From positions 2,502,135 through 2,566,134 of the forward strand of contig OZ246977.1 in NCBI GenBank assembly GCA_965232465.1: a stretch of DNA of 64,000 nt, read 5' to 3'. This DNA is from Alphaproteobacteria bacterium (lineage in GTDB: Bacteria; Pseudomonadota; Alphaproteobacteria; JAQWUY01). The position numbers and the translations under genes are program-made. Each line of letters opens with the position of its first letter. Position 1 is the first letter of the stretch. Under the pieces are notes generated by a model. That model was not told the origin of the DNA and made no database searches. It saw only the letters and a list, made by a program, of their open reading frames with translations. Shown here in pieces: positions 46,455-57,210 of this stretch.

Positions 46455-47528
46455 ATGAGTGTCTTGACTTTCGATAATGTATGCAAAATCTATGATGGGG
46501 ATGTAGTTGCTGTTCACAATGCCAGCTTTACCAGTGAGCAAGGGGAATTTCTTGCCTTGCTTGGACCCTCTGGCTGTGGCAAAAGTACCACCATGCGGAT
46601 GATTGCTGGCTTGGAAGAAGTGACCCAAGGTATCATCCAGTTCGACGGTAAAACCGTAAATACATGGAAACCCGCCGATCGCAATGTGGCATTATCCTTT
46701 GAATCGTATGCGTTATATTCCACTTTAACTGTACGGGGTAATATTGAATTTCCGCTTAAAGCAAGGGGCATTTCCGCTAGAGAGTGCGAACAACGGCTAC
46801 AACATATCATCAAAGTGTTTGAAATAGAAGATTTATTAGACCGAAAACCCTCCGAAATCTCGGGCGGACAAGCCCAACGGGTATCCTTAGCACGGGCATT
46901 GGTACGCAATCCTGATGTACTATTATTGGACGAACCTTTATCACACCTTGATTACCAACTTCGCACCACCATGCGCATGCGGATTCGTCATATTCATGAT
47001 ACTTTGGGGGCTACCACCATCTATGTGACCCACGACCAAGAAGAGGCGGTGGCTCTGGCGGACAGAATTATTGTCATGAATCATGCGGAAATTCAACAAA
47101 TTGGCGATGTGGATGCCCTGTGGCATAATCCGGTAAATACTTTTGTGGCGGGCTTTTTGGGCGATCCTGCCATGAATTTTATCACCGCCCACATACAACA
47201 GGGTAAACTACACACAGATGCAGGCACCATACCCATACCCAAATCCGCACAAGGAAAAATAAATGGCATGCTTACCGTTGGTTTTCGCCCCGAATATGCA
47301 TCGTTATCGCCCGCACAAGGTAAAGGTTTATCGGGGGAAGTATTACTGAATGAATTTCAAGGGGAACGGTGCGTTATTACCATCACCACCAACTCTGGTA
47401 TGTTAAAAATTATCGAATCGCATAATAGTATATGGCAAGCGGGCGATAAAGTGTGTATAATGCCTGATAAAGAAAAGATGCATTTCTTTGATATGGACAC
47501 AGGCTATGCAATAAAATGGAAGGTTTAA
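46455..47528 (+). CDS. ABC transporter ATP-binding protein (MalK-like), second of two.
   Basis: Walker A GPSGCGKST. LSGGQAQRVSLARAL. Walker B LLLDEP. Confidence 0.85.
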   Translation: MSVLTFDNVCKIYDGDVVAVHNASFTSEQGEFLALLGPSGCGKSTTMRMIAGLEEVTQGIIQFDGKTVNTWKPADRNVALSFESYALYSTLTVRGNIEFPLKARGISARECEQRLQHIIKVFEIEDLLDRKPSEISGGQAQRVSLARALVRNPDVLLLDEPLSHLDYQLRTTMRMRIRHIHDTLGATTIYVTHDQEEAVALADRIIVMNHAEIQQIGDVDALWHNPVNTFVAGFLGDPAMNFITAHIQQGKLHTDAGTIPIPKSAQGKINGMLTVGFRPEYASLSPAQGKGLSGEVLLNEFQGERCVITITTNSGMLKIIESHNSIWQAGDKVCIMPDKEKMHFFDMDTGYAIKWKV

Positions 47529-47532
47529 CATT

Positions 47533-48981
47533 ATGGACATGCCCATAAAAGGACATATGTATATTAACGGTGCATGGGTCAGCGGTAACAACAGGGACAT
47601 AACTCCTGTAACTAACCCCGCCACTGGCACCATATGTGGTACCGTCCCCACCGCCACCATCGCCGATGTGGACATGGCGTTACACTCCGCACATAAGGCA
47701 TTTAAAGACTATGCCATGTGGTCACCGCATGCACGGGCAAAATTATTACATAAAATCGCCCATACTATTCGCAGTCGTGCCAACGACATCGGTACAGTTA
47801 TGACTATGGAACAGGGAAAGCCCATAAACGAAGCCACAGGGGAAATCCAAAAACTGGCGGACGCATTTGATTTTTATGCAGAAGAATCCACCCGTATACA
47901 TGGACACATTATCGCCAACTCAGATACCAGTATTCACAGCTTTGTCGACCGTGAACCCATTGGCGTAGTGGGGGCGATTACCCCATGGAATTACCCGGCT
48001 GAACTGATTGGATGGAAACTGGCGGCCACCCTTGCGGCAGGGTGTGCCATTGTTATAAAGCCCCCCGAATTAACACCACTCAGTCCATTTAAGATTATGC
48101 AATGCATCGACGATGCAGATACTCCCGCAGGCTTAGTAAATATGGTGATGGGCAAAGGATCGGTCATTGGACAACACTTGGTGGAAAGCCCACTTGTGGA
48201 TAAAATTGCCTTTACCGGATCCAGTGAAACGGGGCTTCGCATTCAACAATCGTTACAACAAGTCAAGCCCATCTCATTGGAATTGGGTGGAAACTGCCCA
48301 ATGGTGGTAACAGTAACCGCCAACCTTACAGATGCGGTCACAGGGGCGGTACGGCGGGCGTTCAGGAACTGTGGACAAATTTGTATTGCCATCAACCGTA
48401 TATATGTACACCGTTGTGTATATGATGATTTTATCCATCGGCTGGCAACCGCCACCGATATATTGGTTGTCGATAATGGCATTGACAACCCCAATGCGGA
48501 TATGGGGGCAATTTGTTCCCCCGAAGTACTGACCAAAACCCAAATCCATCTGCAAGATGCCCTCAAAAAAGGGGCAAAACTGGTTGCAGGCGGACACCCC
48601 CCACAAGGTGAAAAATTTAAACAAGGCATGTTTTTCTGTCCCACTGTTATCAAGGATTGCGACCATAGTATGTTGGTAATGACCACAGAAACCTTTGGAC
48701 CTTTGGTGGGGGTGATGCCCTATGATGATATACACGGATGTATTGAGCTTATGAACGACACCCCTTATGGCTTGGCAAGTTATGTGTACAGCACCGATAT
48801 GGGCGAAATTAAATCGTTCAGCCGTGGGTTACAATATGGCAATGTTGCCATAAACAATGTAGATGCGGGCATTATGAACGCTCCTTATGGCGGATGGAAA
48901 CAAAGTGGTATTGGCGTCGAACACGCCCGTGAAGGGATGTTGGAATACCTAAAATACAAACACATTCGGTTAAAAATATAA
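47533..48981 (+). CDS. NAD(P)-dependent aldehyde dehydrogenase family protein.
   Basis: ELGGN (Glu active-site region) and FRNCGQICIA (catalytic Cys region). 482 aa. Confidence 0.8.
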   Translation: MDMPIKGHMYINGAWVSGNNRDITPVTNPATGTICGTVPTATIADVDMALHSAHKAFKDYAMWSPHARAKLLHKIAHTIRSRANDIGTVMTMEQGKPINEATGEIQKLADAFDFYAEESTRIHGHIIANSDTSIHSFVDREPIGVVGAITPWNYPAELIGWKLAATLAAGCAIVIKPPELTPLSPFKIMQCIDDADTPAGLVNMVMGKGSVIGQHLVESPLVDKIAFTGSSETGLRIQQSLQQVKPISLELGGNCPMVVTVTANLTDAVTGAVRRAFRNCGQICIAINRIYVHRCVYDDFIHRLATATDILVVDNGIDNPNADMGAICSPEVLTKTQIHLQDALKKGAKLVAGGHPPQGEKFKQGMFFCPTVIKDCDHSMLVMTTETFGPLVGVMPYDDIHGCIELMNDTPYGLASYVYSTDMGEIKSFSRGLQYGNVAINNVDAGIMNAPYGGWKQSGIGVEHAREGMLEYLKYKHIRLKI

Positions 48982-48986
48982 ATAAC

Positions 48987-50516
48987 ATGAAACACTTTTT
49001 AGGCATAGACATAGGGACTTCTAGTTGTAAGGTATTATTGATGCATATCAATGGCGGTGTTACCGATGCAGAAAGCCTTGCCTATACCTATGACCAACCA
49101 AAGACTGGGTGGGCGGAACAAGACCCTGCCATTTGGGTTCGTGCCGTGGCACAATGTACAAAATCATTATTGTCCCGCCAAGTGGACGATATGCATATTG
49201 CATGTGTGGGTTTATCGGGACAAATGCATGGTATGACCGCCGTTGATGGCGATGGGCAGGTGTTACGGTCTTGTATTTTGTGGAATGACCAACGCAATGG
49301 GGCAGAATGCGATGAACTTATCGCCCTTGCGGGGGGCGATACGGCCTTACGCTCCATGACCAACAACCCCATGCTTGTGGGCTTTACCGCCGGTAAAATC
49401 CGTTGGTTTCAAAAAAATGAACCAGAATTATTTGCAAAAACGGCTTGTATTCTCAACCCCAAAGACTACATTCGTTATTGCCTAACAGGGGTGATGACAA
49501 CGGAGGTCAGTGATGCCTCTGGCACAGGGGTGTTTGATGTAAAAAATCGCCGTTGGTCAACGGAATTATTGCAAAAAGTGGGTATAAATCCATCACTTCT
49601 GCCCCCCTGTACAGAATCCACACACATTTCCGCCCATGTAAACCACCAAGGGTCAAGCGTATTTGGGATACCAGAATTCACACCTGTTGTCGGGGGCGGG
49701 GGCGATGCGGTCATCCAAACACTGGGCAGTGGTATTTACCAAGCCGGCACTCTGCAAACCACTATTGGTACAGCGGGGATTATGACAACAATCGGTAATA
49801 CGGCACTTGCCAATACAGAAGGGCGGATACAGGTATCCTGTAATGTGTTACCAAATTCTTGGCATTATATGGGGGTGTCATTAAATGCAGGTGGGGCGTT
49901 GGCGTGGTGGCGGAATATTTTACAGACACAAGAAAATGTGTCACTTGATTACCCTACGCTTACTAAATGGGCGGAAGCGGTGCCGATTGGCAGTGATGGG
50001 TTGGTATTTTTATCATACTTAATGGGCGAACGTTGTCCCCATCCCGATCCACATGCACGGGGGGCATTTGTGGGTTTACGGTCTAATCACACCACCGCCC
50101 ACATGTGCCGTGCGGTGTTTGAGGGCATAACCTATTCCATCCGTAATATACTTAGCCTTATGATGGATAATATAGGGGTAGACCATATGCGGATTATCAC
50201 TTCTGGTGGGGGGGCTAAATCAGCGTTTTGGAACCAAATGCAGGCAAATGTATGCGGTATCAAAGTGGCAGTAGTACAAAATTCTGAGCATGGTGGGGCA
50301 TTGGGGGCATCCATTCTTGGGGCTTTGGCAACAAATGATTGGACAATTGATAAAATCCCATCTTTGTTCAAGGAACAACAAACATGGCATCCCACACATT
50401 CAGCATTTACAGAATACACCCCTTATTTTAGCGTATATCAAGATTTATACACCACATTAAGTGCCGCAAACAATACCTTAACCCATATACAAGCACAGAA
50501 AGAAGATACAATATGA
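48987..50516 (+). CDS. FGGY-family carbohydrate kinase (xylulokinase-like).
   Basis: N-terminal FLGIDIGTSSCKVLL and C-terminal GGGAKSAFWNQMQANVCG FGGY motifs. 509 aa. Confidence 0.8.
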   Translation: MKHFLGIDIGTSSCKVLLMHINGGVTDAESLAYTYDQPKTGWAEQDPAIWVRAVAQCTKSLLSRQVDDMHIACVGLSGQMHGMTAVDGDGQVLRSCILWNDQRNGAECDELIALAGGDTALRSMTNNPMLVGFTAGKIRWFQKNEPELFAKTACILNPKDYIRYCLTGVMTTEVSDASGTGVFDVKNRRWSTELLQKVGINPSLLPPCTESTHISAHVNHQGSSVFGIPEFTPVVGGGGDAVIQTLGSGIYQAGTLQTTIGTAGIMTTIGNTALANTEGRIQVSCNVLPNSWHYMGVSLNAGGALAWWRNILQTQENVSLDYPTLTKWAEAVPIGSDGLVFLSYLMGERCPHPDPHARGAFVGLRSNHTTAHMCRAVFEGITYSIRNILSLMMDNIGVDHMRIITSGGGAKSAFWNQMQANVCGIKVAVVQNSEHGGALGASILGALATNDWTIDKIPSLFKEQQTWHPTHSAFTEYTPYFSVYQDLYTTLSAANNTLTHIQAQKEDTI

Positions 50517-51175
50517 AAAAATCTGTATCGCCTCATGCTATGATTTTTGACTTAGATGGTACCTTAATCAATTCCGCCCCTGATATTGCTGGGGCATTAA
50601 ACATGACCTTAAATGACATGGGGCACGCATCGTTGGATGTGGCATTTATCGAACAATTTATCGGCAATGGTCCACAGGCGTTGGTACAGGGTATATTTGA
50701 CTCTGTCAATATACCTTATGATGACGATGTTGTTGATACGACTGTATCAGGGTACCTGAGACATTATCATCACACTCCTGTCAAGGATACGCACTTTTTT
50801 CCACATGTGTTTGAGGACTTACACACCTTAAAACAACATGGATATGACTTGGGAATTTGCACCAATAAGCCCCATGACTTAACCGCTGTGGTACTAGAAA
50901 AATTGCAAATTCAGGATATTTTTACCGCTTTTTGTGGGGCAGATACAGTTTCTTATTGTAAACCACATGCAAATCATTTACAACAGGTGATGTACCATAT
51001 GGGAACAGATAATCACAATACTTTTTATGTGGGGGACACAGAAGTCGACCGCACATGTGCCCATTCCGCAAAAACCCCATTTTTTATCGTCCCTTGGGGG
51101 GGCGGTCTGCATATGCAACAACACAATGACACAAAAATCAATCGCTTGTCCGATTTATTACAATATTGCCAGTAA
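50513..51175 (+). CDS. HAD-superfamily hydrolase (phosphoglycolate phosphatase-like).
   Basis: Motif I MIFDLDGTLINS. Motif IV-like YVGDTEVD. Overlaps the kinase gene by 4 bp. Confidence 0.7.
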   Translation: MKKSVSPHAMIFDLDGTLINSAPDIAGALNMTLNDMGHASLDVAFIEQFIGNGPQALVQGIFDSVNIPYDDDVVDTTVSGYLRHYHHTPVKDTHFFPHVFEDLHTLKQHGYDLGICTNKPHDLTAVVLEKLQIQDIFTAFCGADTVSYCKPHANHLQQVMYHMGTDNHNTFYVGDTEVDRTCAHSAKTPFFIVPWGGGLHMQQHNDTKINRLSDLLQYCQ

Positions 51176-51190
51176 ACGAAGATACATAAT

Positions 51191-52045
51191 ATGAAACAAG
51201 ATAATTTTTTATACACAATCAACGCCAAAATGGCAACCATGAGCAAATCGGAAAAAGCCGTTGTCTCAATTATTCTAAAAGCCCCCAACGAAGTCATCAA
51301 CATGAATATGGCAAAACTAGCGGAAATCAGTAATGTATCAGAACCCACAGTGGTACGGGTGTTTAATATCTTGAATTTTAAAAAATTTCACGATTTTAAA
51401 ATCCGTTTAGCACAGGCAATTGTACCGATGGCACCATTTGTCTATGACCAAGTGTCAAAAAACGATACGGTCAACGATGTTATCAAAAAAACCTGTAACA
51501 ATTCGATTAATGCCATTCAGATGGCGGAACATGAATTTAACAGCACAGACATTGAACAAGTGGTTACCGCCATTGCCAAAGCAAAATTTATCAGCATTTT
51601 ATCGTCTGGTTTAACTGAAATTGTTGCCTTGGATGCGGAACATAAGTTTAGCCGATTGGGGATTCGCTGTGCAACGGTATTTCGTGCCACCCAACAATTG
51701 ATTCTCAGCAAAAATGTAACCCCAAATGATGCATTGGTGATTATATCACAATCGGGTACCACCAAACGCTTAATCGAAGTGGCGGAAATTGCCAAAAAAC
51801 GCCAATGCACCATCATTTGTATCACGGCCCCCGACAGCCCTTTGGCGACATTATGTGATTATTTAATTAAGGTCACCCCATACGAACGCATTGAAACCAT
51901 GACTCCGTTAAGCTCACGGTTTATTCATCATATTTTGGTTAATATTTTGGTGGCATCTCTTGCCATCAGTAATGGATCAGACAGCCCCGACCAATTGCCC
52001 GCCTTGGATTCATGGATTGACAACAAAGTCCCTATCGGGATATGA
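51191..52045 (+). CDS. RpiR/MurR-family transcriptional regulator (HTH_6 plus SIS domain).
   Basis: N-terminal HTH (LAEISNVSEPTVVRVFNIL) followed by a SIS sugar-phosphate-binding domain. Confidence 0.7.
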   Translation: MKQDNFLYTINAKMATMSKSEKAVVSIILKAPNEVINMNMAKLAEISNVSEPTVVRVFNILNFKKFHDFKIRLAQAIVPMAPFVYDQVSKNDTVNDVIKKTCNNSINAIQMAEHEFNSTDIEQVVTAIAKAKFISILSSGLTEIVALDAEHKFSRLGIRCATVFRATQQLILSKNVTPNDALVIISQSGTTKRLIEVAEIAKKRQCTIICITAPDSPLATLCDYLIKVTPYERIETMTPLSSRFIHHILVNILVASLAISNGSDSPDQLPALDSWIDNKVPIGI

Positions 52046-52065
52046 AAACATAAGGAACACACACC

Positions 52066-52797
52066 ATGACAACAAACATCCCCCAATTGACCCAACAAGA
52101 TTTGGCAAAAATAGAAGCCGGCAAAGCAGTTATTGACAGATTCATTAAGGACGGTATGAAATTGGGGCTTGGATCGGGTACCACTTCACACTTTTTTGTG
52201 CGTACACTGGGGCAAATGATACGGGATGGAAAATTCACAGACCTGACCTGTACCGCCACATCCAACAGCACAATTGCCGTTGCCAACGCAGTGGGTATAC
52301 CCATTACAGATATCAATGATATGGGACAGATTGATGTAACCATTGATGGACCAGACGAAATTGACAAAAACCTGCACATGATTAAGGGCGGAGGGGCGTG
52401 TTTGTTATGGGAAAAAATTGTTGCCCATGCATCAGATACCATGATAACCATCTGTGACGAAAGCAAATGGGTCGACACTTTGGGGGCGTTCCCCCTGCCT
52501 GTGGAGGTGGTACAATTCGGGTGGATGCAAACGCAACAGCGGATTACAGAAATCTTGGATAAACACAGTATAAACCCCACAAAAATCGTTCGCAGGGGTG
52601 GGGATAATCCCATCATAACCGACAGTGGTAATTATATATTAGACTGTCATTTTGGTGCCATTATTTCGGACACTATCGCCTTAGAACAAGCCTTAAACAA
52701 CATTGTGGGGGTGGTGGAAAACGGTCTGTTCACCCGTGAAGCAAATGGCGTAGTCACCGCACATTTCGATGGCAGTATAGATGTGGTTATGAGATAA
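52066..52797 (+). CDS. rpiA: Ribose-5-phosphate isomerase A.
   Basis: KLGLGSGTT near the N-terminus and DGPDEIDKNLHMIKGGGACLLWEK match RpiA active-site regions. 243 aa. Confidence 0.8.
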   Translation: MTTNIPQLTQQDLAKIEAGKAVIDRFIKDGMKLGLGSGTTSHFFVRTLGQMIRDGKFTDLTCTATSNSTIAVANAVGIPITDINDMGQIDVTIDGPDEIDKNLHMIKGGGACLLWEKIVAHASDTMITICDESKWVDTLGAFPLPVEVVQFGWMQTQQRITEILDKHSINPTKIVRRGGDNPIITDSGNYILDCHFGAIISDTIALEQALNNIVGVVENGLFTREANGVVTAHFDGSIDVVMR

Positions 52798-52976
52798 AAT
52801 CACCCCCTTGTTAAAATTTTGTGACCTTCCCCCTTTAAATAGGTTCACTTTTAAATTATAGAAAACAATATATAAATTAGTTGTATTATTTTGTAATTTG
52901 TGTTAATTTGATAATTATGACTTATGATGAGATCTTTGCATAAGTAAGGTAATATGTATTAAAACATAAAAGAGGG

Positions 52977-53783
52977 TTACCCCCTTAGGGTATCCCCTGT
53001 AATAATGCGTTTGATTTGGGTTGCTAAGCCTGTGGTGGTATCCGTTTGTATCCATACACCGCTTATGGTCATACCGGATTCCGCAGGTTTAAATCGTTCA
53101 TTTGGATATTGTCCCTGTATTTTGTGTAGGGCGGTTTGTATGTGCATGCCGATGATGCTGTTGTATGAACCGCACATGCCCGCATCGGTTTGGTATGCGG
53201 TGCCGTGGGGTAAAATGCGTGTGTCGGCGGTGGGGATATGGGTGTGGGTGCCAATGACTAAGCTTGCCCGTCCATCAAGGTACCAGCCCATACCCATTTT
53301 TTCTGATGTGGCTTCCGCATGAAAATCCACAATTACCGCATCAAATCCTGCATCCATGGGGGAGCTGTGTGGGACAATGTTGTCGATGCTGTTCCATGGG
53401 TTATTATATCGGGGATCCATGCACACCCGCCCTAATATATTTGCCACCAAAACCCGATGTCCCTGATGGGATTCCAATACGGTTACCCCTTGTCCAGGGG
53501 CGTGCGATGATATATTATCGGGGCGGATTATACGGGGGTCTTGGTCGATAATTTTGTAAATATCTGCATTGTCAAACGCATGATTACCAAGGGTGATACA
53601 ATCGATCCCCATATCAAATAAGCGTTGCGTAATTTTTTGGTTAATACCAAACCCATGGGCAGAATTTTCCCCATTGACAACGGTAAAATCGGGCTTATAT
53701 GTGGCAATCACATCCGGCAAATACCGCTCCAACGCCCGCCGCCCGGCTTTACCAACAATATCCCCAAGAAATAAAATGTGCAC
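52977..53783 (-). CDS. YmdB-like (TIGR00282) metallophosphoesterase.
   Basis: MHILFLGDIVGKAGRRALERYLPDVIATYKPDFTVVNGENSAHGFGI is the diagnostic N-terminus of this calcineurin-like family. Confidence 0.8.
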   Translation of the reverse strand: MHILFLGDIVGKAGRRALERYLPDVIATYKPDFTVVNGENSAHGFGINQKITQRLFDMGIDCITLGNHAFDNADIYKIIDQDPRIIRPDNISSHAPGQGVTVLESHQGHRVLVANILGRVCMDPRYNNPWNSIDNIVPHSSPMDAGFDAVIVDFHAEATSEKMGMGWYLDGRASLVIGTHTHIPTADTRILPHGTAYQTDAGMCGSYNSIIGMHIQTALHKIQGQYPNERFKPAESGMTISGVWIQTDTTTGLATQIKRIITGDTLRG

Positions 53784-53805
53784 TGTATATTTTCCTAATT
53801 ATTTT

Positions 53806-54351
53806 TTAAACTTTAAAAATCTGGGTTTCCGTTATGATATGGGTTAGGCGTTGGTCGGTGGGCTGGGTGGGGACAGCTGCAATTTGTAAGGCGTTAATGC
53901 TTATGCCTATGGTGATCGGGGGGGTATATTTTTCCAGGGTGCGGTCATAAAATCCGCCCCCATATCCCAATCGATATCCCCGTATGTCAAACGCCAATAA
54001 TGGGACCAATATAATATCAGGTGTAACGATCGGGGCGTTTGCGGTGGGACAAGGAATATTATATATATCCGTATCCATGGGGTCGCCTTGTTGCCATAAT
54101 TTAAATATCAGGGGGCTGTTTTGTTGCACCGTACAGGGCAGGGCGGTGGGGTTTTGAATATCTTGTAACACGGGTAAAATATCAATTTCATTGTCGATGG
54201 GATAATACCCCGCCACTGTGTAGGTGTTGGGAAAGTCCATCAATACAGATTTTATATTGTTATATAACTGCGTATAAAAAACCGTATCAGCGGAGGCTAA
54301 TGCGGTTTTTCTTATCTGTTTTTGCCGTTTGCGAACGGTGGCTTTATCCAT
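53806..54351 (-). CDS. 5-formyltetrahydrofolate cyclo-ligase.
   Basis: GYYPIDNEIDILPVL and LGYGGGFYDRTL motifs. 181 aa. Confidence 0.8.
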   Translation of the reverse strand: MDKATVRKRQKQIRKTALASADTVFYTQLYNNIKSVLMDFPNTYTVAGYYPIDNEIDILPVLQDIQNPTALPCTVQQNSPLIFKLWQQGDPMDTDIYNIPCPTANAPIVTPDIILVPLLAFDIRGYRLGYGGGFYDRTLEKYTPPITIGISINALQIAAVPTQPTDQRLTHIITETQIFKV

Positions 54352-54354
54352 ATG

Positions 54355-57018
54355 TTATGCGGATAGCATCCCCCGTAATACATAATGCAATATCCCCCCA
54401 TGGCGATAATAATCCACTTCGTCCAAGGTGTCGATACGGCACAGTGCATTAAATGCAAATTTTTCCCCACTGTTATAGGTAATGGTAACGGTTACATCTT
54501 GTCTTGGTGTGATACCACCGGCAATACCCGTTACATCCACCAAATCAATGTTTGCCACATCCACATCGTGACGGGTCATACCATTTTTAAACATTAATGG
54601 AAGTACCCCCATGCCCACTAAGTTCGACCGGTGAATCCGTTCAAAACTTTCGGTAATAACGCATTTAATACCCAATAAATTGGTGCCTTTTGCCGCCCAA
54701 TCACGGGACGACCCGGTGCCATATTCTTTTCCGCCGAATATACACAGTCCAATGCCATCTTGTTTATATTGCATCGCCGCATCATACATGGTGGTGATTT
54801 TCCCATCATAGGTGGTAAACCCGCCTTCTGTTCCGGGGGCAAGTTCGTTACGAATACGAATATTGGCAAAAGTCCCCCGCATCATCACTTCGTGGTTCCC
54901 ACGACGGGCCCCATAGGAGTTAAAGTCCTTTACAGCAACTTGGCTGCTCACCAAAAATTTCCCGGCGGGGGTATCCGGTTTAAATCCACCGGCGGGTGAA
55001 ATGTGGTCGGTGGTGATGCTGTCGCCCAAGGACATTAAGGGTTTTACCCCTAATATATCTTGGATTTCATCAATTTCCATAGACATATTTTCAAAATAAG
55101 GGGGGTTTTGAATATAGGTCGAAGTCGACGGCCAATCATAAATTTCCCCGCCTGTAACTTCGATGTTTTGCCATTGTTGTGGACCCAAGAATACATTGCT
55201 GTAACGGGCTTTGTACATGTCAGAATTTAGGCACCCTGCAACCGCATCATTGACTTCTTGTGTCGATGGCCAAATATCTTTTAGGTATACGGGATTGCCC
55301 TCTTTATCGGTGCCAAGGGAGTCTTTGGTAATATCAATTTTTATATTTCCTACCAACGCATACGCCACCACCAATGGGGGGGATGCCAGCCAATTTCCAC
55401 GGGTTTGTGGGTTTACCCGCCCTTCAAAGTTACGGTTTCCAGAAAGTACCGCATTTACCAATAATGCCCCATCGTCAATGGCTCGGGTAATGTCGTCTGG
55501 TAAGGGTCCCGAATTACCAATACAGGTGGTACACCCATATCCCACAGTATTAAAACCCAGTTTATTTAAGTATTCTTGTAATCCCGATTTATTCAGGTAA
55601 TCGGTTACAACCTGTGATCCCGGTGCCAGCGAAGTTTTTACCCATGGTTTGGTCCTCAATCCCCGTTCATAGGCTTTTTTGGCAACCAAACCCGCCGCCA
55701 CCAATACATTGGGATTCGAAGTGTTGGTGCACGATGTTATTGCCGTCAGTACCACCGCCCCATCTTTTAAAGTAAAATCCCGTACAGGTTGGGGGGTGCC
55801 CGCCCCAAATTCTTGTTCGACTTTGGCAAAGGCTTGGGGGATATCGCTTAATACCACCCGGTCTTGCGGGCGTTTGGGCCCCGCCAAGGAAGGTTTTACT
55901 TCGCTTAAATCCAGGGTTAATATGTCTGTGTATTCGGCCTCGACATTGCTGTTGCGCCACATGCCTTGGGCTTTGGCGTATGCTTCGACCAAGGCAATGG
56001 TATCGTCTTCACGCCCCGTAAAACGCAAATAGTTAATGGTTTCTTGGTCAACCGGGAATATACCACATGTTGCCCCATATTCTGGTGCCATGTTGGCAAT
56101 GGTGGAACGATCCGCCAACCCCAAATAATCCAATCCTTCGCCGAAAAATTCCACGAATTTGCCGACCACCCCTTTTGCCCGTAACATTTGGGTTATGGTT
56201 AATACCAAATCAGTGGCGGTGATGCCGTCTTGTAATGCACCGGTCAATTTAAAGCCGATAACTTCGGGAATCAACATCGATACAGGTTGTCCCAGCATTG
56301 CCGCTTCGGCTTCGATACCGCCCACACCCCACCCCAACACACCCATGCCATTTACCATGGTTGTATGGGAATCTGTGCCCACACAAGTATCAGGATATGC
56401 AACCATACGGCCATTTTGGTCCGTATCCGACCATACGGTTTTTGCCAAATATTCCACATTTACCTGGTGACAAATCCCCGTGCCGGGGGGCACCACCCGG
56501 AAATTGTTAAATGCCGATTGTCCCCAGCGTAAAAATTCATATCGTTCTTGGTTACGTTCAAATTCAATGTCTACATTTTGTTGCAAGGCGTTTTCTGTAC
56601 CAAAGAAATCGACCATTACAGAATGATCAATAACCAAATCCACGGGACATAAAGGATTAATTTTTTGGGCATCACCTTTTAAGGCAATGGTGGCATCGCG
56701 CATGGCCGCCAAGTCTACAACCGCCGGTACGCCGGTAAAGTCCTGCATTAATACACGGGCAGGGCGATAGGCAATTTCATGAGTCGAAGACTTTTGTTGT
56801 AACCAATTTACTACCGCTTGTACATCGTCAACGGTAACGCTACGATTGTCTTCGAATCGCAATAAATTTTCCAATAAAATTTTCAAACTGTATGGTAATT
56901 TTGTTATATCACCAATGTGTGCAGACGCTTCTGGCAATGAAAAGTAATCGTATTGTTTGTCATTTACTTCCAATGTGCGTCTGACGCCTAGTGTATCGAT
57001 ACCAGTCAATGTAGACAT
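54355..57018 (-). CDS. acnA: Aconitate hydratase A.
   Basis: 887 aa. Fe-S cluster ligand regions ([16 protein letters not shown]), swivel-domain SRxxxxxG region. Confidence 0.92.
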   Translation of the reverse strand: MSTLTGIDTLGVRRTLEVNDKQYDYFSLPEASAHIGDITKLPYSLKILLENLLRFEDNRSVTVDDVQAVVNWLQQKSSTHEIAYRPARVLMQDFTGVPAVVDLAAMRDATIALKGDAQKINPLCPVDLVIDHSVMVDFFGTENALQQNVDIEFERNQERYEFLRWGQSAFNNFRVVPPGTGICHQVNVEYLAKTVWSDTDQNGRMVAYPDTCVGTDSHTTMVNGMGVLGWGVGGIEAEAAMLGQPVSMLIPEVIGFKLTGALQDGITATDLVLTITQMLRAKGVVGKFVEFFGEGLDYLGLADRSTIANMAPEYGATCGIFPVDQETINYLRFTGREDDTIALVEAYAKAQGMWRNSNVEAEYTDILTLDLSEVKPSLAGPKRPQDRVVLSDIPQAFAKVEQEFGAGTPQPVRDFTLKDGAVVLTAITSCTNTSNPNVLVAAGLVAKKAYERGLRTKPWVKTSLAPGSQVVTDYLNKSGLQEYLNKLGFNTVGYGCTTCIGNSGPLPDDITRAIDDGALLVNAVLSGNRNFEGRVNPQTRGNWLASPPLVVAYALVGNIKIDITKDSLGTDKEGNPVYLKDIWPSTQEVNDAVAGCLNSDMYKARYSNVFLGPQQWQNIEVTGGEIYDWPSTSTYIQNPPYFENMSMEIDEIQDILGVKPLMSLGDSITTDHISPAGGFKPDTPAGKFLVSSQVAVKDFNSYGARRGNHEVMMRGTFANIRIRNELAPGTEGGFTTYDGKITTMYDAAMQYKQDGIGLCIFGGKEYGTGSSRDWAAKGTNLLGIKCVITESFERIHRSNLVGMGVLPLMFKNGMTRHDVDVANIDLVDVTGIAGGITPRQDVTVTITYNSGEKFAFNALCRIDTLDEVDYYRHGGILHYVLRGMLSA

Positions 57019-57210
57019 GCTGAACCCCTTTTGTTTGGTCGTTAATAATACGATGTTTTAAATGCGTATCGGTAAGCAAAAAACATAGTATTATGTCCAA
57101 GTATTATATTTAAAATTATTATGCTTAAAATTTTATTGTGTGTTTTATAACACATTTTTGGTATTATGTAAACTGTAATATAAGTATGTATTGGGGTAAA
57201 AAGCTTTAAT

